Positions 1-13,347 of a DNA stretch of 64,000 bases are shown in pieces. This DNA comes from Leucoraja erinacea (taxonomy: Eukaryota). The DNA lies in the NCBI RefSeq assembly GCF_028641065.1, contig NC_073404.1, positions 26,908,001-26,972,000 of the forward strand, read 5' to 3'. The position numbers and the translations under genes are program-made. The notes beneath the pieces are model-generated. The model saw only the letters and a program-made list of their open reading frames with translations. It was not told the origin of the DNA and ran no database searches. Every line of letters starts with the position of its first letter. Positions within the stretch are counted from its first letter, which is position 1.

Positions 1-454
1 ACTATTTATGTTAAGCGGGCCGAATTGGTTATAAACCGAATTTGATCGGATATTAACAAACCACTTAAAAGTTACTTTGGATATTGACGACCAGAAAAAG
101 CCATGTTGGATGTAAAAACTATTGTGGGGAAAAAATAAATCCTGTTTTCCTCACAGGAATCAGACAACATTGTCTTTTAAGAACACAGCTGTCACTTCAA
201 CCATGATTTGCCATTGAAAATGACATGTAATCGCTGCCATTGACACTTGTGCAATCACACTGCATTAAATAATGTACCAGAGCGTTCAGTATTTTTATTT
301 TGCAGTCACAAATAAACATATTGGTATAAAAAAAACTTCGATTTTTTAAATTCATGCGGGAAAAATAACCTTGTCTGAAATTCTCAAACCCTTAAACCCC
401 CTTTCCCCAATTGTCTTTACAATACAATTTTCTATAAGACGGAGTTCTTAGTAA

Positions 455-751
455 AGGGCCTGTCCCACTGTACGAGGTAATTCAAGTGTTCTCCAGAGGT
501 TCTCCTGATTCGAACTCGGAGAATTACAGTAATAGCCGCTCGTAGGTACTCGGGGCTCTCGTGGACATTTTTCAACATGTTGAAAAAACTTCACGAGCTT
601 ACCGCGTTTCCCCGAGTAACTGCCGTTAGCGTTACGAGTCGCTAAGAGACGTCCCGAGCTCCGACGTACCCGCTACGTACTTACCACGAGTTTGATTTTT
701 TTTTTAACTCGGGAGAGCTCTCGGGTAAACTCGTATAGTGGGACAGGCCCT
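455..751. mobile_element. PIF/Harbinger-type MITE, copy 1
   Basis: TIR AGGGCCTGTCCCACT...AGTGGGACAGGCCCT; TAA direct repeat at 452-454 and 752-754; imperfect subterminal inverted repeats; no coding capacity. Confidence 0.85.
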
Positions 752-1002
752 TAACGCAGCTAATGCGTTACAGCGAAACTATCTGTACTGATGGCACTCA
801 GGGCTTGATCCTTCAATTATAAATGTTGAACCTTTATTAATGAGCCGGCCAATGGAGCAGCCAAATGCAAAATGAGTGAGATGCACTCGGTGAATCTGAC
901 AAGTTATCATTAACATTTGATGTGGGTAAAACGCATCTAGTGATATAATACAGGTACTGAAACTCTGAAATTAAGCAGAAATGCGGGGAACACTCAATTT
1001 GT

Positions 1003-1182
1003 CGGAAGGAACTGCAGATGCTGGTATAAACTGAAAACAGAATAAAGAGCTGGAGTAACTCAGCGAGTCAGACAGCAACTCTGGAGAAAAGGAATAGGTG
1101 ACATTTCGGGTTGAAGAAGTGACCCAGCCCGAAACGTTATCTTTTCCTTTCCTCCAGAGATGCTGCCTGACCAGCTGAGTTA
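1003..1182. mobile_element. Penelope-like terminal-repeat fold-back (degenerate hairpin)
   Basis: Arms taactcagc...tttcggg and cccgaaacg...gctgagtta (1056-1182) flank a degenerate hammerhead core ttgaagaa...cccgaaacgtt. Confidence 0.7.
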
Positions 1183-1559
1183 GTACTTAAGTTTTCAGTT
1201 TTATTGTATTTTTAAGCACCGGTGAGAGGGTGAACAGTAAATACCCTCATCCATCAATTGTTTGCTGAAAATGGTATGGTGAAGAGAAAAAAAAGTGTTG
1301 TGCCCAGTGGAGGTATGTTTGTCCATAAAATTAAAGCCCAAAAATGTCTTGGAGAACCCGAACTGAGCCTAAGTATTGATAATGCTTTCCATACCCAACC
1401 ATCAATTAAATATATTCAGCAGTTTGGAAATGAACCACTCAACTTTCTGAAATGATACTTTCTTATTCTAAATAAAAATCCCGACTTGGAAAGAATACTG
1501 AGCTAGGCTGGCTCCCTATTGAGATTTCATTGGAAGATGCACCCAATTTGAACATACAA

Positions 1560-1840
1560 GGTAAAGGAAGCACCTTTAGAAAGGAGATGAGAGGGATTAG
1601 TTTGGTGAGAGGAGGGTGAATCTGTCGAATTCATTTTCATAGAAGGCTGTGGGAGACCAAGTCAATGGATATTTTTAAAGCGGAGAGTGATAGATTCTTG
1701 ATTAGTACAGGTGTCAGCGGTTATGGGGAGAAGGTGAGAACGGGGTTGAGAGGGAAAGATAGATCAGCCATGTTTGAATGGCAAAGTAGATTTGATTGGC
1801 TGAATTAGCTATTTCTGCTCCTTTAATCTATGAACTTCTG
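1560..1840 (+). mobile_element. CR1-type LINE 3' fragment
   Basis: Typical CR1 3' end sequence (gatagattcttgattagt...ggggagaagg...agatcagccatg), repeated elsewhere in the window (e.g. 35600-35790). Confidence 0.75.
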
Positions 1841-2624
1841 AACGTGACACGTTATTCATTCCCGATTGGCTGCCTCACTCGAGCCAGTCTCTAATGTATT
1901 GCTTACTACGGTGAACGACCAATTGAGAGAAATATGGAGTTTTGGTTTGCTCACATGGTGCACGATATGGTGACTTTTGAAATCATTCCCGCAAAAAATG
2001 ACTGGGAATATTTGCTAAAAGAATAAAACTACAAAAAAAAAAAACTTTAGGACTTGTATCTATTTACTCTGGAGCAATGAACTGCTAGAGGTCTATAAAA
2101 TAATGAAGGGATAGTTGATAGATTATTGCAATTTAACAACTTTGAGATACAAAGTAGATACGAATTCTAATTTTAAATTTGAGTTCACAAGTGTGGGGAC
2201 AAACAAAATGTGGTGGTTCTTCTCATACAAAAGAATTATTCACTGGAATGCATTACATTGTTTTGGTGGACGCTAACAATCTGGATACATCAACAGGAAG
2301 TTAGTGCAGGTCTTAACTGGAGCAGAGATCACATTATATAGAAGCCATGTGACTGTACAGGTAATACATGCTCCATACAATGAGCTATTATCACAAGAAT
2401 GTCAGGGCGAAATATCTCGAAATATTTTTTCCACCTTGTTGAAGTGCATTTTTCTGCCCTACCCTGGAGCATAGATGGTTGTAAGGGCAAAATGTTCCAT
2501 ACACTCTTTCACATGCTCTACATAGATTAACTTATTTCCAGTGAATAACTTCCTAAAATACTGAGATAATTTGCAATGTTATTTTGTTCAAAAACAAGCA
2601 ATTGTTGCTGAGAAAGTAATGCAC

Positions 2625-2686
2625 CTGATAATCTGCCCTTCCTCTTCTGGTGTAGCTGGTCTTAGACCAAGAACTATATGACATAT
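2625..2686 (-). CDS. USP32: USP32 coding exon (exon 11 equivalent), 62 bp
   Basis: ICHIVLGLRPATPEEEGQII(R); ctgcag / gtgcat. Confidence 0.96.
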
Positions 2687-3854
2687 CTGCAGATGGAAGG
2701 AGAAAATATCACAATTAACAGAAGTAGCAGCAGTTTTGTTGAGACAATTAAGCTCTCTTCAGCTCAGACTACTCTTCACAATAAACAACATTAGGATACC
2801 GACAAGTATCGAGGAACTGTACGGTTTAAGTACTTTTTCAATGACAATAGAACAGGTAAACATCGTGCGGGTGGCTCGTGAGATACTTGCTTATACTTGT
2901 CTAAAACATGGAAAATTTGTACAAAGAGGCAACGTTCAAATTAATTATTGCATTGATTATGCCAAAACTGGGGAACTGTGTACAGTTTTAGTCCCCAAAT
3001 TATACGAAGAATGTGATTGGATACAAGAGTCCCAAAGAGATTTAGAAGAATGTGGTAGAAGGTGCAGAATTCTACATTAATTAACATCAGTTTATATTGC
3101 AATTTTGTTTCTCTGCAATTTATTACTTAATTGATTTTGAATGCATTTGTAGTTTTGGTTCTGCTTTTGTAAAAATCCATATGGGAAAAAAAAATCAAAA
3201 AAAAATCATACAATTTCTTAGAGCCATACTCATGGGGAAATTAACATTTCAACTAACTTACACCATCTATACATATGCCACAGTAGATACACCAAATTAA
3301 TAATTTTGTCGGAATAATACTTTAAGTAATGATTCTGAATGTGCAACATGAGCAAAAGTTATGTTAGCAGTCCTTTCTAAGTGTTAGATTTTTGGTTACA
3401 TTTGATGCTTCTGCTCAAGAAATTGAACATGCAAGTACAAAACATTCACTAAACATGGAATATCAGGCATGCAGACTTTGTAGTTTCTGGAGTTTAACCT
3501 GTCAGAACAAGGATATTAGTTTAAAAAATCCACATTTTTTAAAATTCCAAACATCGAAAGTCATTTTTAAAAGGAATTTCAATCATCGCCAAATTTAGTA
3601 AGAGTAACCAGGGATCAAACCTGGTAGTTTCAATGATCTGAAACAAAATCCAGAATCCTAAACCAAAATACTGGTTTAATTACTTTGCAGAGAAAGTTCA
3701 TACAGATGTAGCATTGATCTTAACTATTTGATTCAGTACTACTGTGATCAATGCAATGACCATCAAACAGAAAGAATAGGAAGATATTATTCAAACACAC
3801 CTGAAAGATAAACAAGGAAGTGATTATTACAAAGTAGAGAACAGTAACACTAAC

Positions 3855-3938
3855 CTGAAATAGGAGATTAAGAAACTCACTGGCCAAAGCACTTTTAACA
3901 CCCCAAATCTGATAATCTTCTAGTGTCAAGTGTCCCTT
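3855..3938 (-). CDS. USP32: USP32 coding exon (exon 10 equivalent), 84 bp
   Basis: KGHLTLEDYQIWGVKSALASEFLNLLFQ; poly-T tract plus aacag acceptor, gttagt donor. Confidence 0.96.
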
Positions 3939-4254
3939 CTGTTAAAAAAAAAAAGTAATTCACAGAATATATTAAGAGCTAGAAATGTATGGGTAGACAA
4001 AATGCAAATTCCCAGTTTGATTCTTAGCTTTATCAAATATTAATAACTCAAGAAAGCAAAACGATGGACTATATTAAGACTTCACTTTTGCAATGAGCAC
4101 ATTTTAGTTTTTAAAAGATATGCATTTTGACAACTTTGGACTTTTATACATGCTAATTATAATAAAACGTCAATTCTTGTGTCACCGAAGGGGAAAAAAA
4201 ATAAGAAACCAAAATTAGGAAGAATTTTGTTACAATGCTATGGGAATGTCACGT

Positions 4255-4850
4255 TATAATTTGTTATGTTTTTATGTGCATCCTCCTCACCTGATTTTTT
4301 GCCCTTCTTTCAGCTCATCTGCTGTTGAGACCCTCATCTCTGCCTTTATTACTCTCGATTTAACTATTGCAGTGCACTCCTAGTTGGGCCCCTATACTCT
4401 TCAAACTTGTGGTCATTCTAAATTCTCTGTACGAAGTCCTGGCCACATATCACTTCATGCTTGGTGACCTAAATTGATTTCTTGCTCGCTTAAGGCTCGA
4501 TTTTAAAATCGGCATGTGTTTTCAAATTCCCCCATGATTTAGCCTTCTGCTTCTCTGCAATATCCTCCATCATTATTATAATCCTAAAAATGCCCGGGTT
4601 CCTTCATTTCTGATCTTAGAAATTCCTGAATTTAATGCTCCATCAATGGAGGAATTTCAACCAGCTGCAAATTATCTATGCTTTGGAGTTCTCTCCCTAA
4701 AACTAAAAAGGAAGCTTTTCTTTCCTCTAAAATACCACTTAAATCCTATCTTAATAATCAAACTGTTCATCAGCTGTCATGGTCTCCTAATATGGCATTC
4801 ATTAATATTTTATGTGACATGCTCTTGTGAAGTGCCTTGGAGTTAACGAT
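4255..4850 (+). mobile_element. L2-type LINE 3' fragment, decayed
   Basis: gagaccctcatctctgcctttattactctcgatttaactattgc resembles the L2 ETLIHAFITSRLDYCN motif; ends near gtgaagtgccttgg. Confidence 0.6.
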
Positions 4851-7030
4851 AGCAGTTCCTGTTAATGATTTTGAAAGTATGTCATTGACATATTTATTTC
4901 TTCTCACACTGATGTTGCCTGACAGTGAATTTTTCCATAACTTGTTTGTTGATCTAAATGGAATTTTCCTACTGAGAACAAAGCTCTGTGCATCTGCACT
5001 TAGAGTGCAGCATCGACTATCCCTGGATTATCACTTCCATTTTAGAAGACCAGAAAAATTAGTGTCTTTGATCCGTTCCGCTTTTAAATCAAATGTAAAG
5101 CAGATTGAAATTATATGGACGGTTTAGAGGGCAAGATTTAAAACCTCATCAAAATTTTATTCCTTGCATTGCATCCCGTTCCATTTAAGGATTACATCCT
5201 TCATTAGTTGTACCAACAGTGCCAAATGCTTTAAAACAAGCCTAATTGTGCACGCTTTTCCTGAAAGAGTTAGCACTTAACAAAAGGTTTTCACTGTACA
5301 TGTGACAATAAACTAAACTGAAACAATACGTTCATGGAATGTGGAAGTGAACATCACTTTGGGGACAAATAAACATAGGTAGGCCATCAATATTTATCCT
5401 TCATTTTGCATTATCTACACAATCTAGAAAAAAAGCATATTTTGGACTGGGGGAAGCTTTCATATAGTTGCTATTACATCTAACCAACAACTGAACAGTT
5501 TGCTGTAGTTATTTGGAGACAGCAATGCAATATTTGGTCCATTTGGCAACCTTGCATATTATTAATGGGAATGTTACTTAAATTTACCTAGGTAATAATC
5601 ACATTATGGTTACCACCCATCTTTTAGTGTCATAGCATTGTTCTTTTGCCTATCTGCTTTTAATCTTGCTTCTTGCATTTTGAAATGAGTGTTCATTGAA
5701 TGGAATGAGTGTTCATATTTTGTAATAATGTCCCATTTTCAACTGTGCCACAGCCAACTACATAACGCGAGAATACCTTAACAGTACAAGAATAAAGGAA
5801 AAATAGAAGCCAGCAAAAAAAAATTGAGCTTAAACTGTTGAAAACTGGAAATATCTACTTAATATGATCAAATATTACAGCCCAAAACCCAAACAAGTGG
5901 GCAGTGGTGCTTTTCTCCACAATATACCCCCTTTCAAGTAATACTGAAGTAATTCAAGAACTGCAGTAAGCTACATACTAATGTTTTTTTTTTATTATTT
6001 CAGGACCTGGCTGTCGCCGGCAATGCCAGTTCCAAATTGACCTTTTTATTACAAATCTTTTATTCTGCTAATATTTTAAAATTTTCTTCCATATTGCTCT
6101 GCCCCATGATCATTGAAATTGATACATCACATTTATTCTGTTAATCCACATCAAGACCTCCAATGGATTAAATTATTTCAGTTTTTTTTTTTAAGTGCCC
6201 TCTTGTTACATTTTCCTTCCCACGTCACGGAAAATGTTTTTAAAGTAAAATCTATTCCACAATTTCTTTTTAAAACTATCTTAGTTCCATTCAGAGATAT
6301 ATAATAAATAATTTGCCTTGCTCAGCATTGAAATATTTCACAAAGTGAACCTTTCATAATACAATTTCTGCATGCAAACAATTAGAGAAATGTACTGTGC
6401 AAATGAAACTAAACACATATCTGAACACACAACCTAATGCCATTTCAATTGAATAATTCACACCTACAAGTGTGGCTTTTAATAATGTATTATATGGCTT
6501 ATTCACCCAAGAACACAGAGATCAGTTTTAAGCATTATGAAAAAAATTGTTATCGAGCAGGTTTCATATACCTGGATTGACATCCACACCTTATTAAATC
6601 TCTCACTGGCTGTGAATCTAAATCACAACATGACGGCAGCCATCGAGAGCAGCAACTGATCCTTCACATTTGTCATGAGACCATATTATGATCTGCTGGT
6701 CTTTTTTTGGAGAAATATAGATCAAAGCTTTTTTTTGATCCAAGAGTCATTATAGCACCAATCATAAAAATAACTCACGTTCCAAATTGCTCTACCTCCT
6801 ATTGATTTATTCAAAATACTCCTTAATATGAGGTGCTAAAATGTTACATATTGTGGCTGTATTGGCAAGCTGAGATGTATCAGTTGTACACCCGATGGCT
6901 GTCATTGCCAAATGGAAGAACAACTGCTCAGAAGAGGTCTCCCCCTTCCCCCCACCCCATTTTAAATAACTTGATTAATTCATGTGTTGTTTGTTTTCAT
7001 GGACCTGTACTAGAAAGGATGTAGCCATAT

Positions 7031-7200
7031 GTTAGATAGAGTTAGATCGAGCTCTAGGGGCTAGTGGAGTCAAGGGATATGGGGAGAAGGCAGGCACGGG
7101 TTATTGATAGGGGATGATCAGCCATGATCACAATGAATGGCAGTGCTGGCTCAAAGGGCCGAATATTCTCCTCCTGCACCTATTTTCTATGTTTCTATGT
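7031..7200 (+). mobile_element. CR1-type LINE 3' tail
   Basis: gatcagccatgatc...gggccgaat...ctcctgcacctattttctatgtttctatg with terminal (TTTCTATG)n. Confidence 0.8.
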
Positions 7201-7685
7201 GTGCCTTATCCTCAGGGTAGCAAATAAATCCTTCATTAAGTAACAGGTAAAAATTAAAACAAATCTTTGCTACAAATAAGAGTAAGATGAATGTTCACTA
7301 ATTGGGGAAAGTTGTACTAAATTGTTCCATAGGAACATCAGCCTTGAATTTGGGCAATATTTATCTCAACAAATTTCAGTTGTGCATGACATCCATGTCT
7401 AAATAACAAATAATGTTTCATTTAACTGTGTATTTCATTAATAGCTTATTGATGCTAATATATACACTTTTTTAATTGGAATATCATTACAAATAATAAT
7501 GTATCGAGGCACTTCAACTGACATCTCCAACACACATTGGACACTGTTGTTCATTGACAGCCACTGGTAAAAACACACTGGGACCAAATCTAAAAGATCA
7601 CGTTTATTTTTATCCAAACTCAATTTCCAAAATCATTTGCAATATTATCAATGCAATACAAAATCAGTTTTCTAGAAAGACTTAC

Positions 7686-7748
7686 TTTGGTGGTATCATG
7701 TTTCTTTAAGATATGATTTACAATGTCAGCTGTTCCCATGTGAAGTTC
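7686..7748 (-). CDS. USP32: USP32 coding exon (exon 9 equivalent), 63 bp
   Basis: ELHMGTADIVNHILKKHDTTK versus recalled human ELHMDLSDIVEGILNAHDTTK; cttcag / gtaagt; phase 0-0. Confidence 0.93.
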
Positions 7749-7935
7749 CTGAAGAAAATGAAAAAAGTTAGAAATAAAAAGTTTTAACATGTGTCAGGTG
7801 AAAACACAAAAGTAGGGATGTTGTGCTACAGATAAAGTGTATGGGTGAAAGCACACCTGGTTTGCTGTGCACCAATTGATCTCCTTATTTAAGGAAAGAT
7901 GTTGATGAGTTGATCAGTTTGGAGATGGTTTACTG

Positions 7936-8616
7936 CAGGCACAGAAATCGCTCTCAAAACATGGGGGGGGGGGAGCACAATTTCTTGGCGGCCGTGCATG
8001 CGCACACATGCGAGGCTTCGGCCATGGGCCCTGTGGACGGTAACATCGGAAGCTGACCTGGTTGGTGACCGACTCCGAACTCCAGCAACAGCAGCTTCGT
8101 CCTCCCCGAATCGTGGAGCAAAGATCATAGAGCGGAGCTTCAATCGGCGCTTTCATGGGGGCTTCAACATCGGGAGCCTCGATCTCCTCGCCATAGCAAT
8201 TTGACCGCGGGGCGGTGGAAGATCCCGTGGTTGGCAGCGCCGGGCGATGAAAAGCCCCGCGAACGGGCCGATTCAAGCTTCGCTCCATGATCTTTGCTCC
8301 ACGGACGTCTCCCTCCTCCAATCACCACCCTCTATCCTCAGTTCCACCCCCCTACTTCCGTCTCCGACCGACACCTCCCTTCTTCAATGATTGCGCTGAA
8401 TCATCATGGTCTCCCCCACCCCCCCCCCCCCCCCCCACCACTGCCTGCTGACCGACGTCTCTCTCGTCCAATCGGCGCCCACGCTCATCAGCCCCACCCC
8501 CACTGTCTCGCGGAAAGTGGAGATTTGTAATAGCTTTTTAAAAATGTTTTAAAGTAGATTACAAAATGGGGGGGGGGGGGGGGGGAGGGGAGCGGATTTC
8601 CCCGCCTCTCAAAACA

Positions 8617-8648
<32 letters not shown>

Positions 8649-8688
8649 GGGGGGCAATGTCGTCCCCCCCCCGGGATTTCCGCCCCTG
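7936..8688. mobile_element. Non-autonomous hAT element with 8-bp TSD, inserted in a CR1 remnant (~7800-9240)
   Basis: Imperfect TIR CAGGCACAGAAATC / GATTTCCGCCCCTG; exact duplication GTTTACTG at 7928-7935 and 8689-8696; GC-rich interior with poly-G/poly-C tracts. Confidence 0.85.
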
Positions 8689-10079
8689 GTTTACTGGACT
8701 GATGCTTAGAATAGGAAGGTTGCCTCATGTAGAAAGATTGGACAAGCCTTGTAGCTCTGACATTTAGAAAAATAAGTGGCAGCCACCAAATCATACAAAA
8801 TTGTGAAGATAGACACAAAATAACTCATCGGGTCAGGCAGCGTCTCTGGAGAAAATTGGTAAGTGAAATCTTGGTTCAGGACCATTCTTCATACAAATCT
8901 CTGGATGTTCTTAATAGGATGTATATAAAGAAACTTTCCACTAGTGGGCGTAAAGAGAACAAGGGGTAAATGTAAAAAAAAAAACGAGTTATTCACTGAA
9001 GACACTGGCTTGGTAAATAATGCATCTCAAAGAGTTGCAAATGTTTAGAACACTCTGCCTCAAAGGACAGAGGATGCAGAGTTTAATATTGAATATTTTG
9101 AATACAGCTAATATGTTGAAAGTGAGGCAGACAGGGGATGAAAGGTTACCACGGATGGACAGAAATGCAGGGTTGAGGCAGCAGTGATATCAGCCATGTT
9201 TCTTATTCTACAGTGGTCTATTATTCTTGTAATCCATATGTTCATGCCCATGACATAATACTTCAAAGAGGTAGTTTGTTAATATAAAATAAAGTAACAG
9301 CTAAAGACCCAGTTATTTTCCACAAGACAAGATAAAGAATTTTGAATAACTACATTATTTTTGGTTTTAATTGTGAGAGTACAATGTTTGATTTGTATTC
9401 AATAAAAAAAAAAGTGTTGCTGGAGACTTAAATCGTTAGCAATATTTGTCTTTCTGCTAATAGAAGCTAAGATGGGATGTAGACAACAGAAATACTTTGT
9501 CACAGTAACAATCGGTTGACTTGCTTCCCTTGCTATTGTTAGAACGCCAAAAATGGGACCTGCACACCATTTAAATATATGGGTAAAAATGACCCTCAAT
9601 TCACTGTGGAAATCAAACAGAATTTATATAATTGTAGGAATTTTCCTTTTTTTGAAAGGTCCCAAACATTGTTGCTTTCCAATGAGAAGTGAAATAGTTG
9701 ACTAAGATCATTCTATTATTATTGCCTACCTTAAAATTTGAGTTCCATTTCAAATTAAGACAACTGAAAAGTAGCCTCTATTGTATAAGGACAAATGAAA
9801 AGTAGTCTCTATTGTATTGTGGAAGAGATTATACTTTTGCATTTTAGCCCAACCTGACTGCTGTTAGGGGAGCCAGCAACTTATAACCATATAACCATAT
9901 AACAAATACAGCTAACCGTCTAGAGACTCCAGGATCTGAGGTAGCTGTCACCACAGGTGGTGAGATTTTCCAGCAATGGACTCTGCGCCAGTCATCACAC
10001 AGCTTTGAGCTACACTGCTCACTCCAGCGACCCTGGAGGCAATCTCTCCACACTGGGCCATAGCCGATTGTTATCTTAT

Positions 10080-10360
10080 AACACAGGAAGCAGCCATGTG
10101 GTCTAAGCTAGCTCTGAAGTGATCCCATCAGATCAATTTTCTCTCTCCTTACTTCCCTCCTATTTATTTCAGGCGATATTCTCTCCTATGTTGATAAGCC
10201 AATTAATCTACTGGTACATCTTTAGCATGTGGACGAAAATCAAAGAATGCAGCAGCAACCCACATGGTCACAGGGGGAATGTACAGACAGCACAGAGAGA
10301 GCATCTAAGGTTAGGATTGAACCCATGTCCCTGGAGCTTTGGGGAAACTGCACTGCAGTG
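10080..10360 (-). mobile_element. tRNA-derived HE1/V-SINE-like element, decayed
   Basis: Collinear with the better copy at 24747-25055 (cacagggg/agaa..., aggattgaacc B-box-like region). Confidence 0.6.
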
Positions 10361-10724
10361 ATGGATTCATATCAGGTTTCCAGATCAGCAGTGAGTGTGT
10401 GTTCGGTGTTTTTTTTTATAGCACAGAGGTTTATATACTTGTTAGTGTTCAGGCCGGAGACCCACAGAGATAATGCAATGCAACATGAAGAAGGGTATCA
10501 GGGCTTGGCTTACAAGTAGCAGAGAAAGAATATAGCCGATCATTTAAAGGCAAACCAAAAGACTAGAAGATGTGTTTTATTTTGGAATGATTGAATATAA
10601 ATGAATTTCTTTTTGTTTAAATAAATCCATGAATTTAGTAAGAGTGTAACAGTATGAAATTAATTCATGGTTTACACTTTTAATTAAAGAATATGAAACA
10701 GTGCAAATCAATGCCATTACTTAC

Positions 10725-10840
10725 AGGAATACTGTCAGTGCGGTTATCTTTCCAGACTTCCAAAAGTGCAACGATCATTGCTTCTAATTCAGTGCGAGAC
10801 AGAACTCCATCTCGGTCAGTGTCAAATACTTTGAAACAAA
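10725..10840 (-). CDS. USP32: USP32 coding exon (exon 8 equivalent), 116 bp, EF-hand
   Basis: (F)CFKVFDTDRDGVLSRTELEAMIVALLEVWKDNRTDSIP with EF-hand loop DTDRDGVLSRTE; tattag / gtaagt. Confidence 0.97.
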
Positions 10841-11720
10841 CTAATAAAACAAAGCACAATTCACCTTAATTTAATAAAAATCTAACAGGAGAAAAACTGA
10901 ATGTTATATATTAAGATTTATGTTAACAAAAAATCTGTTTTAAATAAAACATTGAATAATGAAAATAATTAGACTAACAGGCGCACGGGGGAAATACTGT
11001 TTCCAGCATCAACAATGCCTTTTGTCTTTGCAGACATTGGTCTATGAATGCTATTGTTTTCTGTTTTTATTTTACAGAAAAATGCCACATTATCTTCATA
11101 GAGTTCAAATCAAAACATTTAGCTTGCAAACGTAATCTTTGTTTGGATTTTATACTTGTATGGCAATCTACAATCGACTAAAATATTGCTATACAATATA
11201 TTATGTCTTACAAAATATTGCTATACAATATATTCAGTATTATGCAATAAATCACATTTAACATTAATTCTCATCCAAAAAGCTTAACATCTCTCCCCAT
11301 CACTCTACTATGTGAATGCCACAATTTTCAAAACCATTCCAAGTAAGATGATGGAGCAAATTGGAAATCCATTATAGAACCTGGTCAAAATCTAGTTTTT
11401 GGACATTGTTAACAAACCTCCTGTTGGGAATTGCATTGTGCTTTCAATTTCTGCAAAACATAGCAAATAGCCTTCTTAATTCTGCAGCGATTGACACTGC
11501 ATCCTTTTCTTATTGGATTCAATCGAGTAACTGTGCTTATTTAAATCTTATTCTAAAATCAGGTACTTATGAACGTGAAAATATAGTACGTTTTGATAAA
11601 AATGACATTCTGCCTAATTTTGAACAAAACTGCATTGTATTTCCAAAATTATCAGGCATTTAACACACATATTAACTTTCTTCAAGCTGTTATAGAACAG
11701 CTCAACCTAGAAAAACTTAC

Positions 11721-11828
11721 ATTTCTGCCGTTCAGCAAGAGGTCCTCTACAACAAGCAGAAAGCCCACAAGAAATTTCTTTGAAGTCTATGTGATTGTCA
11801 CGATTTTCATCAAAAGCACTGAATAAAC
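11721..11828 (-). CDS. USP32: USP32 coding exon (exon 7 equivalent), 108 bp, EF-hand
   Basis: (G)LFSAFDENRDNHIDFKEISCGLSACCRGPLAERQK with EF-hand loop DENRDNHIDFKE; ttgcag / gtaagt. Confidence 0.97.
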
Positions 11829-13347
11829 CTGCAATATAAATTGGTATTATACATCACAAATGGATTTTTGCTGCAATAATCTTTCATAGTTCATAGTCTC
11901 ATTTTTCCTATACAGGCAAGCTATAATTAACATGCATTACCTCATTTGACCATCCATAGTCCTTCATGCCTACAACTTGCGTTGTTTACACCACCAAATC
12001 AAGTACAGACAATTGCTGAGTTACGCAAGGGCTCAGTTCATGAGAATCGTCTCCAATCCGATTTTTCCATAAAACAATAACATTTATTTTCTATTATCAC
12101 TCTATATACACCTGGTATAATTCTTTAATCATGGAAACAGGCCCTTCGGCCCGATTGGCCAACGCTGACCTACATGCCCCAACTACATAAGTCCTACCTG
12201 CCTGCATTTGGCCCATATCCTATATCTAAACCTATCCTATCCATGTACTTGCCCAAATATTTTTTTTAATTCAGTTCAGAATATTCAACCTAACACTATC
12301 CATAATTAAACTAATGAAATACCTACTGCATTCAGTTATTAATAAACGCAAAAACATTGTTATTATTGCAACTTTCTTACAAAAAAAAGCTTTAAAATGC
12401 TTGGGAGAATTTACATAAAAGTTGGATTTCTGTAGGTCATGTCATTCATAACCAGGAAGCCGCTGTATCGAATGAAATAATAGTTTATTTTCCTGGTCTT
12501 GCATTATCACCACAGTTTAATCTAATCCACTTTAGACTTTGTACAATGGTTTTTGGTATGAAGTCGGCAAAATCAGAGTGAGTAAATTATTCAGCCTAAA
12601 GAGTGGGGTTTTGTGACTAATCTATTTGATCACAAAGGAGGGACAACACAATTTAGGTGATTAATAACAATTCTGACATTCTCACCATCACTTTCAAAAC
12701 AAAAATGCACGTCTTTTTCTGGGAATCAATGCAAGTATAAAGTGATGTTTGTGGTCAAACATCATATATTTTCAATAATATGAATCTCCTGTAGATACTG
12801 CTTTCATAACACGACATATCATGTTATTTTATAACAAAACACATCCCACTACAATTCTGAAGAACCGCAAAATCAGAAACATAGCCTGGAGGAAATTTCA
12901 GACTGATGTTGAGGAATGTCAGAGGACATTTGGGCAGGGATTATGAGATTCTCCAAACAAACTCTTCAAATACTGAAAACGTGTGCTATTAGATTATTTA
13001 TGAGCAGAAATCTTGGCACAACGTTCATCTGAGCAGGAATCAATTGACCCTATGCCCCATTCCCACTGACCGACCATTGCACTTTCACTGGTATCTATGT
13101 TCGAGGCTCCAAACCAAATGTTTGCTTTCAAAAGACTCCATGGCACTCACCAGAGATGACAAAAACATTTTGACCTGTGCTCATTTTAACATTTAACTCT
13201 CAACTAACATCACTACAGTATAGCAACACATTTTATTTTATTCTGCTGTGTTTTGAGACCTTGCTGTACATGGTCAGTTTGTTTCCTCCTAGTTAGACTA
13301 AAATAAACTCCATTTGATGCAAAACCTTTGAGGCTGAAATCATGCAA

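Noticed and set aside
1258-1455. 65-aa ORF, or a minus-strand candidate for USP32 exon 12
   Set aside because: No similarity to the expected GWLERESR...WWQQWK peptide; an in-phase stop follows the candidate acceptor.
2736-3080. 114-aa plus-strand ORF
   Set aside because: Overlaps a very decayed CR1 remnant (aactgtgtacagttttagtcccc resembles EYCVQFWSP); no gene-like features.
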